DNA of 61,594 nt, the filler included, from Stramenopiles sp. TOSAG23-3 (taxonomy: Eukaryota): the NCBI GenBank assembly GCA_900128585.1. It is 14 parts of 14 records of this genome, joined end to end, with 100 filler letters (N's around TTAATTAATTAA, not from the genome) between each part and the next. Parts side by side here need not be neighbours in the genome. Positions count along the whole stretch, not along the records: positions 8,845 to 13,159 come from LT643871.1; positions 13,260 to 17,574 come from LT643872.1; positions 17,675 to 21,987 come from LT643873.1; 11 more parts are not named here. One strand, given 5' to 3'. Within the stretch, counting starts at the first letter, position 1. Each line of letters starts with the position of its first letter. Positions 10,195 through 20,061 of this stretch are shown here, piece after piece. Made by a program: the position numbers and the translations under genes. The notes beneath the pieces were generated by a model. It saw nothing but the letters and a program-made list of their open reading frames with translations, was not told the origin of the DNA and searched no databases.

Positions 10195-10360
10195 TGGAAG
10201 AAGAAGAAGAAGAAGAAGGAAGAAGAAAGAAGAAGAAGAAGAAGAAGAAGAAGAAGAAGAAGAAAGAAGAAGAGAGAAGAAGAGAGAAGAAGAAAGAAGA
10301 AGAAAGAAGAAGAAGGAAGAAGAAGGAAGAAGAAGAAGAAGAAAGAAGAAAGAAAAAAAA
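10195..10360. repeat. (GAA)n polypurine microsatellite
   Basis: About 165 bp made almost entirely of G and A in GAA units. Confidence 0.95.
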
Positions 10361-10677
10361 GAATTAATAATAGAAAGTAGAATTTTGTACAGTGTAGTAG
10401 TCTAGTAAAAGGTAATTTGCTATCAAATTATTATTATTATTACTTTCTTTTTTTTAATAATATACTACTAATTATTCTCTCTGAACAGAATTTCTAATCG
10501 ATTGATTGAATGATCGGATGACTGAATGAATGCTTTCAATGTTCTTTCAGACAATAAACATTCGAATCAGAACTGTCCTAGATCCTTTCGTTATTTTTTC
10601 ATTCGATTATATAAATTTTAAATACTGCCGTGTGTTTGTATCCACCAAAAGTATTTTTGAGCTTCAAGTTTGTACTG

Positions 10678-11523
10678 ATGGGTTCGAAGGAAGAGAGTGC
10701 CGTTGCAACGCTTCATACCGGTACCCGGTATAGCAGTGTGCACTGCACAGGAAAGGGGGTGTTTCTCACCGCTATGGGAAACGGGGAAATTCATGTCCTT
10801 GCAGAAGACGGTGAACGTCCTGAAATATACACAAATGCGGATGGGCAACCGGCAGGCATAGCCATGGACAAAACCGGTAGACTGTACATCGCAGACACGG
10901 CGCTTCGCGCAGTAACGCAAAACTCCGACGACGTGAGCAACGTGTTTGTAAAGGAATATGAGGGCAAGTCATTTCGGGGTCCGAGCAGCTTAGCTTTTGG
11001 GCCAGACGGTTCCATGTACTTTACGGATAGCGGACCACTCGGGGAGACAACCCTGCAAAACCCAAGCGGTAGTTGCTTTTGTGTTACTATGCTCCCAAAC
11101 GGTGGGGAGCAGATTTTAAAGCCCCTGGTGCTCGAGAGCCTGGCGCACCCAGGAGGCATTGCCGTTTCTGCCGATGGCAAAAACATTTACATAAGTGAAT
11201 TGCTCCGAAACCGTGTGCTGCGTCTGTTTGAATACCCATCTGGGGTATGGCAGACGAGCGTGTATTACCAATTTTCAGGCAGCGTTGGACCGTCCTGCCT
11301 GGCTTGTGGTAAGGATGGAACGCTGTATGTCGGCATGTTTGAGCCTTCGTCGTGCGCCCAGGGGTCTTCAGGAACCATCAACGTGCTATCTGCAGACGGG
11401 CAAGTATCCAAAACTATTTCAATTCCAGGGACTGCAATAGAAGGTTTGGCACTGTCGGACGACGGGAGCTGCCTGTATGTGACAGAGGCTTCAAACAAAG
11501 CTCTCTATAAAGTTGAATTGTAA
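10678..11523 (+). CDS. SMP-30/gluconolactonase/LRE-family six-bladed beta-propeller
   Basis: PAGIAMDKTGRLYIAD, YEGKSFRGPSSLAFGPDGSMYFTDSG, LAHPGGIAVSADGKNIYISE. First ATG is at 10678. Confidence 0.85.
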   Translation: MGSKEESAVATLHTGTRYSSVHCTGKGVFLTAMGNGEIHVLAEDGERPEIYTNADGQPAGIAMDKTGRLYIADTALRAVTQNSDDVSNVFVKEYEGKSFRGPSSLAFGPDGSMYFTDSGPLGETTLQNPSGSCFCVTMLPNGGEQILKPLVLESLAHPGGIAVSADGKNIYISELLRNRVLRLFEYPSGVWQTSVYYQFSGSVGPSCLACGKDGTLYVGMFEPSSCAQGSSGTINVLSADGQVSKTISIPGTAIEGLALSDDGSCLYVTEASNKALYKVEL

Positions 11524-11810
11524 TTGTTTTCCTTTTGCTTTTATGGAGGACTGGTTTTGCCCAGAGCAGTGTTTATCGGACAAAAAAATAATAAAAAGTT
11601 TTTTATTGTACCAGTAGCCGTACGAAGAAGTAATAATTTTAATTTGTCCATCTAACTTTTGTAGTGTCTAAAGTATAATTTGCTCTGCTGTTATTTGGTC
11701 TCTAAGTTATAAAATAAAAGAAAACAAGTGTTATTCCAGTTGTTATAGAAATCCACTAAATCTTCTTCTCCAATTTTTTAATTCACTGATGAGGAGGAGA
11801 GAGGAGAGGA

Positions 11811-11838
11811 GACTGAGGACTGAGGACTGAGGACTGAG
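11811..11838. repeat. (GACTGAG)4 tandem repeat
   Basis: Four exact 7-bp units. Confidence 0.9.
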
Positions 11839-12206
11839 GAGGAAAAGAATGAAAGAAATATATATTTTTTTTTATAAATTTTTTTTTATATTTAATATTC
11901 TTTTTGTTGTTGTTGTTCTTCCTTCTTGTTGTTATATTTTTTTGTTGCTATTTTTATTTTTTTTAATATTATATGTGTGGTGTCTTTTGATACATTACCG
12001 GTACTGCTATGGACATAATTAATAACGTTACTGATTGATTTTGATTGTAATTTTTGTGTTAACTTGTGTTGAATGAGAAAAAGGGAGAATGCGTTGTGTG
12101 GCTCACCCTTTTCCGGACGGAAACGAAAAGAAAAGAAAAATCGTCTTGCAATAAAGCCTGTGCATGTACAGACATACATTAAATTGCAGGTAAGCGTTTG
12201 ATTCCA

Positions 12207-13159
12207 ATGACCAGTTTGTTAAATGATTCTGATGACAGTTCGGGCACAGATGACAGCTCTATCTCGGACTTAGATGACAATGATTTCTCTTTGAGCACTG
12301 GAAACACGTCGGTATCCAGCAGTTTGAACGGTTCCCCTCTGAGTTTTAACAAAAAGCTTTATTCTTGGATGAACGAAACGGAGGGCGATAAATTGCCGTC
12401 TCTTAACGGCCTCGACTTCACTGTCACCTCCGATGAAGACACGTCCGACGAAGACAGAAGCTTCAATTTTGATGATTCAGACAATGCCTTGCCTCGATTT
12501 CATATAGCAGAAGACATTCAATTGAACTCTGGAGCAGGACGTGTCGAAAGCAACGGGTCGGGAAAGAATAAGTCCGTTGATGGGGTGGGCGTTTTGCGCA
12601 CAGCCAGCCCGGAGGATTTGAACATAAAATCATTGATGACCAATTTTGACGTAGACGATGAAATGCTCCAGATTAATAAATTACAGGAAGAGAATAAACA
12701 GCGTACACACGGTGACACGGCAGACGCGCTGTCTGGACGTGATGCCTTGGTTACTAAGCTACATAAAGTCCAAGCGAACCAGCAGCAACTCAGCGAAATG
12801 GTGGCGTCCATCCCGTCAAGCAACGTGCGAAAGGTCTCCCCTGGGGCTTTTTCGCCAGTCAGGCCAGGCAATGTAACATTGCCCTCCTTCGTAGGCGGGA
12901 AAAAGACGTTTGAGCCAAAGACAAAGATAGGTGAAAACAGCGTAAAAGACGGCAGCGGTGCGTTGAATGATTTGTATCTTGACCTAAAGAAAGAGAAGGA
13001 AAACATTAGCATAGGAATGAAAACCATAAAGAATCAAATACGGCAACTCAAGGCTGAGTACCCTGGCAAACCAAGGCCGCCGTCGATTGCGTCTACCTTG
13101 AATGGGATGGAGAAAAACTTTAAAGCGCACAAGCAGAGATTAGAGAAAGTTTTTGAGAC
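12207..13159 (+). CDS. Hypothetical protein, acidic/Ser-rich N-terminus then coiled coil, 3' partial
   Basis: Open frame with coding-like composition running into the linker. No recognisable domain. Confidence 0.7.
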
Positions 13160-13501
13160 NNNNNNNNNNNNNNNNNNNNNNNNNNNNNNNNNNNNNNNNN
13201 NNNTTAATTAATTAANNNNNNNNNNNNNNNNNNNNNNNNNNNNNNNNNNNNNNNNNNNNTCTTCTTCTTCTTCTTCTTTCTTCTAAATCTTTCGTTCGTC
13301 GTTCGTTCTTCTTCTTGCGATGATGGATTGATTTCTTCTTCTTTGATTTGATTTCCATCTCAATATAGATTATGGAATGAAAGGGAATAGGAAGACAAGA
13401 CAGGAGTCCACAAATAAATGTGTACACCTTGGGTATGTTCCCTTTTTCTGTATTAGAATACTGTGTAACCATATATATATAGCAGTGGTTCATTCCAGCC
13501 G

Positions 13502-13777
13502 ATGGCGTCCAAGGCGAACGATAGTCCGCACGGTGCGCCACCAACGATAGGGACAAATCTTGTTTTGAAACTGCTGCAACATAACGAAACGGAGGATGGG
13601 GAAAAGGCGGGCAAAAAGCCAAACCAATTGACATTGGAAGTCACTGGGGAAGCGTTTCGTCTTTTCTTGGTGGAAGCAATTCAAAGGGCAGGGCATGAAG
13701 CACGAAGACAGGATGAAAATATAATAACAACCAAGGACCTGAGGGAAATCGTAGGGCAACTGATCCTGGATACGTAA
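13502..13777 (+). CDS. CENPX: Centromere protein X / MHF2 histone-fold protein
   Basis: 91 aa with the CENP-X pattern LVLKLL...EAFRLFLVEAIQRA...DLREIVGQLILD. Confidence 0.8.
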   Translation: MASKANDSPHGAPPTIGTNLVLKLLQHNETEDGEKAGKKPNQLTLEVTGEAFRLFLVEAIQRAGHEARRQDENIITTKDLREIVGQLILDT

Positions 13778-13982
13778 CGGTTGAAGAAGACTGGGCCCTA
13801 CATGTAGATCATATTTGTACGCGCATAGTGTACGTACGCATATTTTGTAGATTGAACAGTTTACACCCCTCTTTGCAAGATTTATTGCAAAACATATGTA
13901 TGAATTCTCACCAAATAATCTCCCCAAACCAAATGATCACAGGAACTACGTAAATTCTTCGTTTCAAAATGCCCAACAAGAT

Positions 13983-15557
13983 CTACTTCTTTCCCAGGAC
14001 GAAAACGCCTGGCCTTGTCTTGAAGAGACCCTCCCCTTTCAGCACCCCGCGAACGTTCAGCCCACCGAATTCTGGGACTTCTTTCAGGATACGGAATATT
14101 TTCTTGTGAAATTTGGGCTTCTCCGTAAGCAAGAAATCAAATCGCTCGTACATGCTTGGTTCGGCCAAGTCTTCGTCTTTTCGATACATCCATTTCTCTG
14201 TAGTCGTAGATTCAGAAAACCGCGACACACCACTCATGGCGGCCTTGACGCCAATGTGCACGGTGCGCCGTCCGGGCCCTGCAGCGTTGCTGGACGAATG
14301 CAACCATTTCAGGGCCTCTCCCCCAGGGTAGTTCCGGTAACTTGCACCGAAAAACACGGAAGAGGCGCACAGGTTCGACACAAGGCAGCCAGCAACGACC
14401 AACATCCCGATTTGCCTTAAGCATTTGGTCGACTGGGCATTGTCACCATCATCCCTGTTCGGCTGCACACACAGCTTCCTGTAAAGCTTCGCCATGCCGA
14501 CCGCGGCAGAGACATTTAGCATCGGGATTGCATAAAAAATGAAACGCAACTCTTTGTGCGGCAAAAAAGAGTACAAAAGCACAAAAAGAAGACCGGGAAA
14601 AACGAAGCGGGCGACTCGTCGATTCAGTGATGTAACTGAAAACCCACCAACGAGGCCAAGGAGGACGAAGGGATACGCCGTCAGCAACGATCGGGCCAGG
14701 GCAGACGTAAAGTACCAGTGGAAAGGGGACGTGCCCCAGTTGCTGCTTTTGTTCATGACGGTGTTGTACCAGAAAACTTCACCTTCTGGCCAAAGTGGCC
14801 TTTGCCAGAACACAGAATCGACGCCCACGGTAAGCACCAAGGCGGCCACCGTGTAAAGCATGCCCGTTTTCAATGTGCCCCAAAACCATGTCACCAGCAA
14901 GTGTTGGAGCAAGGAGCAACAGCCCCGCTTTTGTCCTTTTGGCGTTTCCACAAACAACCGGGCAGCCACGATAAAAAGGTCAATCAACAATATTGAGAAC
15001 AGCAGTATTGCGACGTCACACCTAAATAGGACAATCGCAACCACGAACTTTCCAATGCCTTGCTCCCTTTCGTCGTTCAATAAGTGGTTCAACCCGAGCA
15101 TAACAATTCCAAACGCAAATATGTTTGGGAGTGTACGCCCGACATAAAACAACAAATGAAATTGTGAACAGGTGAGGAGGATAAAAAACACTCCAACGTC
15201 GCGGCCAAACTTTTCTGCAACGGTGCTCTTAAGTTTCAACAACACCGTACAGTTCAAAAAGGCCAGGCAACAGCGGACCAGGTACAGTGCCCACAGCTTT
15301 GACGTGGGCGCAGAAATCAGCTGCAACGGGAAGAATACCACGGCTGACAGAGCAGATATCACAAGTGGGCCCAAAAATGTCCGTGGGACGACCCCAGGAA
15401 ATTCGTTGTGGTCATAGCTCGATAGGTTAGTACGATGAAACAGCAAGTCGTGTGTAGCTTGCAAGTTGAAACTTTCTTCAACCTTGGTAAAGGGGCAAGC
15501 GACAACGTAAAATGCTGCTGCCAAGAACAACGCGTAGTCCACGGCATGGTTCAACAT
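13983..15557 (-). CDS. ALG12: Dol-P-Man:Man7GlcNAc2-PP-Dol alpha-1,6-mannosyltransferase (GT22)
   Basis: PFTKVEESFNLQATHD, YDHNEFPGVVPRTFLGP, WPEGEV, HKELRF, NYPGGEAL, with many TM segments. ATG at 15557. Confidence 0.95.
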   Translation of the reverse strand: MLNHAVDYALFLAAAFYVVACPFTKVEESFNLQATHDLLFHRTNLSSYDHNEFPGVVPRTFLGPLVISALSAVVFFPLQLISAPTSKLWALYLVRCCLAFLNCTVLLKLKSTVAEKFGRDVGVFFILLTCSQFHLLFYVGRTLPNIFAFGIVMLGLNHLLNDEREQGIGKFVVAIVLFRCDVAILLFSILLIDLFIVAARLFVETPKGQKRGCCSLLQHLLVTWFWGTLKTGMLYTVAALVLTVGVDSVFWQRPLWPEGEVFWYNTVMNKSSNWGTSPFHWYFTSALARSLLTAYPFVLLGLVGGFSVTSLNRRVARFVFPGLLFVLLYSFLPHKELRFIFYAIPMLNVSAAVGMAKLYRKLCVQPNRDDGDNAQSTKCLRQIGMLVVAGCLVSNLCASSVFFGASYRNYPGGEALKWLHSSSNAAGPGRRTVHIGVKAAMSGVSRFSESTTTEKWMYRKDEDLAEPSMYERFDFLLTEKPKFHKKIFRILKEVPEFGGLNVRGVLKGEGLFKTRPGVFVLGKK

Positions 15558-16014
15558 TGGAGAAGACAAATTGTCTACACAAACTTACAAAGGAATAATT
15601 CCAGCAGTTTTTATGCAATTCTTAGTTATACAATTTCAATTAAGCGTGCCAATGAACGTGTTTCTACGTATAAATTACACGTATTTGATGTTTCTTTCTC
15701 TTTCATTCCTAAATATGTATACAAGAAAGAAAAGAAACACTACTATTTTTTGTTTAATACTACCAAGTACTACCACCGACCACCACCACCACACCACCAC
15801 CAACAAATTATTATTATTATTATTATATTATTATTATTATTATTTTTATAATAAATAAAAAAAAAATAGGGTATTTTATTATAATAATATTATTTTTTGA
15901 TAGTAGTATTGATTGGTGGTGTGATATTAATTGCAATTTCTTCATGTATAAGGCTTATTTCAAATTTTAAATGCTTTAAGAATTTACAATGAACTGAACA
16001 ACTTCTAAGGAGTT

Positions 16015-17202
16015 TCAATAACGACCGCCTCCCCTACCGCCATAAGATGAACCGCCACTTTGATGGCGCTGTTGTTGTGGGCTTCGACTTCGAAAATTGT
16101 CTTGATGTCGAGGTCGGTAGTTATTCCCAGATGATTGTTGCCTTCCACGGCGATGGTCAACGTAGTTCCTATTCTCCTCCCGGCCACCACGGTATTGATC
16201 GCGCCCGCCATGATTGTCGCGACGATGTCTATCGTCCCTTCCACGGTACCCACCCTCGTCACCATGACGACGCCCACGGTTGTCGTAACGTTGCCTATTG
16301 TTCCCCCCACGGTACCCACCCTGGTCACCATGGCGTCCATAGCCGTCCCTGCGATTCCCACCTCTGTCACGAAAACCATCGTTGCCGCGCCTGTTGTTTG
16401 AGGACCGCCGGATAGTCCCACGAGGTGGATTTTTTGCCTTCAGAATCGCGGCAAGGTCTCGAACGGCCTTCCACCCACGGTACTGCTTCCCCGCAAAGTA
16501 AAGTGTCATGCGATCTTCCCCATCTTGGGAGCACAGGTATTGCCCGGTCACCTCGCACACGATGAGCTTGCTGTCCTGTTTGTTTACCACGTCGGACAAC
16601 TTGGACGTGTTTGCACCGCCTTGAACAATGCTCTTCCGCTGCTTGTCTAACTCGTCGATTTCTTTCATAACTGCCATGACCTCGTCTACCTTTTCATCTT
16701 CACCGTAGCGCTGCGCTAGTTTCGACTTCTCTTGCATTGCATTTGCAATTTCGATCAGCTTTTGTTGGTCCCTTTCGTTCAGTTCCCCCAGCGTCGCCCC
16801 CGTAGTTTCCTCAGCCTCTAACCGTTTCTGTTGCTTGGCCTTCTTGTCGTCATTTTGTCGCACCAAACGTGATACGAGCGACAGCGTATCGAATTCGTAG
16901 CCATATTCGTCCTTTTTTCCTTGGGGAAGGGCGTCCCAATCCCGAACAACACTGGTCAGTTTTACGGTTTCTCTACCACAGATCTCGAACGGGCAGGGGC
17001 CTATCCGGGTCTTTGTGTTCAGGAATAGGGCGTGCGGGCAGGGGCCACAAAGGGCATATTTACAGACCCTAGGGTCATAAAATTCAAGTTTACTCTCTTT
17101 CTTCACGGCATCTAAGGGACTGTTACGGTGCACGCCGAGAAGCCCGTCGCACATTTCTCGAGCCGCCAAAAGCGCTTTCTGGTGCGTTGCTTTTGTCGCC
17201 AT
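16015..17202 (-). CDS. LUC7: LUC7-family U1 snRNP-associated splicing factor with RG/RD-rich tail
   Basis: DPRVCKYALCGPCPHALFLNTK..GPCP, central coiled coil, second-finger region VCEVTG...FAGKQYRGW, low-complexity Arg-rich C-terminus. Confidence 0.9.
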   Translation of the reverse strand: MATKATHQKALLAAREMCDGLLGVHRNSPLDAVKKESKLEFYDPRVCKYALCGPCPHALFLNTKTRIGPCPFEICGRETVKLTSVVRDWDALPQGKKDEYGYEFDTLSLVSRLVRQNDDKKAKQQKRLEAEETTGATLGELNERDQQKLIEIANAMQEKSKLAQRYGEDEKVDEVMAVMKEIDELDKQRKSIVQGGANTSKLSDVVNKQDSKLIVCEVTGQYLCSQDGEDRMTLYFAGKQYRGWKAVRDLAAILKAKNPPRGTIRRSSNNRRGNDGFRDRGGNRRDGYGRHGDQGGYRGGNNRQRYDNRGRRHGDEGGYRGRDDRHRRDNHGGRDQYRGGREENRNYVDHRRGRQQSSGNNYRPRHQDNFRSRSPQQQRHQSGGSSYGGRGGGRY

Positions 17203-17498
17203 CCCTAAGCCTCTTCACGCAAAACGTGCAAAAAAAAAGAACAGCCGCGAACGGAGGGAAGGAACTGCACAGAACGCTGTATGTATTAACTATCGATTGA
17301 CAAGTCAATACGCTATAATGTTGGAGCTACATCCAACTTTTAAAAAAGAAACAAAGAGGCCCTCTTCACCAAACTATACGGAAAATCTCTTCCCAATACC
17401 AAATTAGTTCAATTCATACGTGTATTATACGTTTGTAACCATTTAAAAAAAAGTCCTTCTTCTTCCTTCTTCTTCTTTTCTTCTTCTTCTTCCATTAT

Positions 17499-17501
17499 TT
17501 T

Positions 17502-17573
<72 letters not shown>

Positions 17574-17574
17574 T
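17499..17574. repeat. (TTTC)n microsatellite at contig end
   Basis: Perfect TTTC run up to the linker. Confidence 0.95.
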
Positions 17575-17819
17575 NNNNNNNNNNNNNNNNNNNNNNNNNN
17601 NNNNNNNNNNNNNNNNNNTTAATTAATTAANNNNNNNNNNNNNNNNNNNNNNNNNNNNNNNNNNNNNNNNNNNNTAATTTAGAAAACAAGGAAAAGTGTT
17701 TATCTAATTCAAATAAAAACAGAAACAATTAAGAAAACTACAATAGATATATTTATTGTTTATTGTAAACGAAATTCAAACCAACTCCAACGAATACTTT
17801 TGTTTTTGCAGGAGGAAGC

Positions 17820-19718
17820 ATGGCGTCGACGTCTTCGCATCCAACAGGCACAAGCGACCCGCTGCCTGATGCGGAACTCCCCCAACGTCTACCATCGCAC
17901 AACGCGGTAGACGAAGCGAGACATGTGCGCAGTAATACTGGCGCCCGATTGAGTACCAGGCTGCTCTATGACGTGCGTAACGAACTTCCTGCGGATATGG
18001 CGGGCTCGTTCTCAAGTTGGGGCTACTATTTACGGATAGATGGACAGTTCACAACAAGCCATGCCGACAGTATGCTGGAGCTTGCGCACAATGCACTTGG
18101 TGCCGGCGCCCCCAGCCATGTCGCTATCTCTTGGCACATCGACCCTGAAGACAACGACCGTGAGATCATTTTGGTTGTTGACAACGGAGTAGGAATGAAC
18201 AAAGCCCAATGCCACGGGTGGGGCCGCGTCTTCGAACGCAACACCAGCACTTGGGGCGTCGACAACAACTGCGGGGTATCCCATTGGGGCGAAGGGAGTC
18301 ACCTTCTTGCTTGCAATGAATGCAACCCGATGGACATCAATGATACAGTCGCTATATTCACGAAGAAAGTGAACTCGGAAACGTTCCAAAACGCAATCAC
18401 TCCCTTCTCGTTTACCCGAGGCGAAGAGTCGCAAGCGATACCCGTGGAATTGCCAAACCTGAAGTTCTTTCAGGCCGCCCTTCACGATTTACCAAAGGGC
18501 GTGGCCGACAAAGCCCTGGGAATCAAAGAGATGAAGAGTAACTTGCCGCGCACGCTCATCGAAGGGCCAGAGTACAATAATCTCCATGGCACAGTCGTCA
18601 AAATTTCGCACGGCAAAACGCACACCACCAAACTGGAGGAACGAAGAGATTTTGCAGAAAAATTTGCCTACTACTACCGGGGCGACACCCGAGTCTATGT
18701 CCAGCTGTCGAAGGACCACCCATGGGAGGAACTGGAACAAAAACAGTTCCTGAACACGGCCTCTGAAACCCCAGTTGAAATCGGGCTTTGTGTTCAAAAT
18801 AACCAAATATCCGTCGGATATGTTCACCATTTGGACGCCCCTCTAGTCGAGGAAAAATTATGCCAGGACCAAGGACCTACAGTGGACAATTTAGGGGTTT
18901 CTCCAGAGCATATCGTAGCAACACTGCGAATCTCGTGCCACCACCAATTCGGAAAACAGGCGACGAAGAGCAAAAAAACGACTGACGCGAACAAGAAAGC
19001 TCTGGCCGCCCAATTGAGTCCGATTAAGCTTAACAGCCCAGAGGAGTCAAATGGCTACATGGTCGGCTTGATGGCCAAAGACCACGAAGTACTGTACGGG
19101 TCTATGCAGAAGTTGAACGAGGACTACATGTCTCAGATACGCTCTGGCGTTGTTTGGAGCAAAGGCGACTGCATCCGCTTCGAGTTCCTTGTAGGGCCAG
19201 AACTGCAAAAGTTGGTTTTAAACTTAACAAGTATTAAAAACCAATCTAGCACAGAATTGAAGAAACTTCCGGGCATGGAAGCTTATGTTTATGGGCTAGT
19301 GACAAAGGTGTTTAAACATCGAAAAGGAGGTTGCGTGCTTGGTAGCGACCCAGAGTCGTCTTACAGCTCAACTCCCGTAAATTCCACTTCTGACACAGAC
19401 AGCGACGAAGACCGGATGCCTGATGATCGTGTAGTTGTCAAGCCGCGCCGGCGGAAACGAGGACCAGCGCCGGTTTGGACGGTAAAAAAAAAACAACGTA
19501 CTGATAACAAGAACGGGTTCAACAGGAATAACAAGCACTGGGAACACTTTGCATCGTTCTTGCGTTCTTCGAAAGCCACGAACAAAGCGCTGAATGCAGT
19601 GATGCGCGCGACCAAAATTCTCTTGAAGCAGAGCCGAAACGAAAGAAAGGTGGTTATTAATACGCCACAGTCTACACGAGATTTCATTAAAAATCACTTA
19701 ACCAGTGCACGTGTTTAA
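17820..19718 (+). CDS. Divergent GHKL ATPase, MORC-like
   Basis: GHKL motifs in order: ELAHNALGA, VDNGVGM, GVSHWGEG, AIFTK, HGTVVKI. C-terminal Ser/acidic linker and basic NLS-like patches (KPRRRKR, KKKQR). Confidence 0.7.
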   Translation: MASTSSHPTGTSDPLPDAELPQRLPSHNAVDEARHVRSNTGARLSTRLLYDVRNELPADMAGSFSSWGYYLRIDGQFTTSHADSMLELAHNALGAGAPSHVAISWHIDPEDNDREIILVVDNGVGMNKAQCHGWGRVFERNTSTWGVDNNCGVSHWGEGSHLLACNECNPMDINDTVAIFTKKVNSETFQNAITPFSFTRGEESQAIPVELPNLKFFQAALHDLPKGVADKALGIKEMKSNLPRTLIEGPEYNNLHGTVVKISHGKTHTTKLEERRDFAEKFAYYYRGDTRVYVQLSKDHPWEELEQKQFLNTASETPVEIGLCVQNNQISVGYVHHLDAPLVEEKLCQDQGPTVDNLGVSPEHIVATLRISCHHQFGKQATKSKKTTDANKKALAAQLSPIKLNSPEESNGYMVGLMAKDHEVLYGSMQKLNEDYMSQIRSGVVWSKGDCIRFEFLVGPELQKLVLNLTSIKNQSSTELKKLPGMEAYVYGLVTKVFKHRKGGCVLGSDPESSYSSTPVNSTSDTDSDEDRMPDDRVVVKPRRRKRGPAPVWTVKKKQRTDNKNGFNRNNKHWEHFASFLRSSKATNKALNAVMRATKILLKQSRNERKVVINTPQSTRDFIKNHLTSARV

Positions 19719-20061
19719 AGGTGCATGCAACAATCAAGCGGAGTTGGTTGTTCGGCTCGGCCCGACCGACTGTGGCACGGGGAAAATGCTGCCATTTGTG
19801 GTGTTGCGCGGCCAGCGTGAAATTCGTTTTCAACTAAAAAGGAGTTAACACTACTTTTGTGACTCATTAACAAACACTACTAAACCATTATCACAAACAA
19901 ATATTATTTTTTGTTCAGAATTTTAGTTTACACACACAGACGTTTCCTGACCCACTCCACTATCTTACGTGCCGTTTTCGCGCGGTTCACATTTTTGGTT
20001 TTTATACACGGGACCGCACGCTAGGGCGGCCCTCCCTCAGCATTGACCTCCCTGCACCAAT

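Noticed and set aside
11786-11850. CTGATGA followed by GAAA, suggestive of a hammerhead ribozyme core
   Set aside because: The intervening sequence is purine-rich repeat with no stems.
17779-19749. 10-bp inverted repeat (AACCAACTCC / GGAGTTGGTT) flanking the MORC-like gene as possible TIRs
   Set aside because: Too short, does not extend, with no target-site duplication or transposase; compatible with chance.
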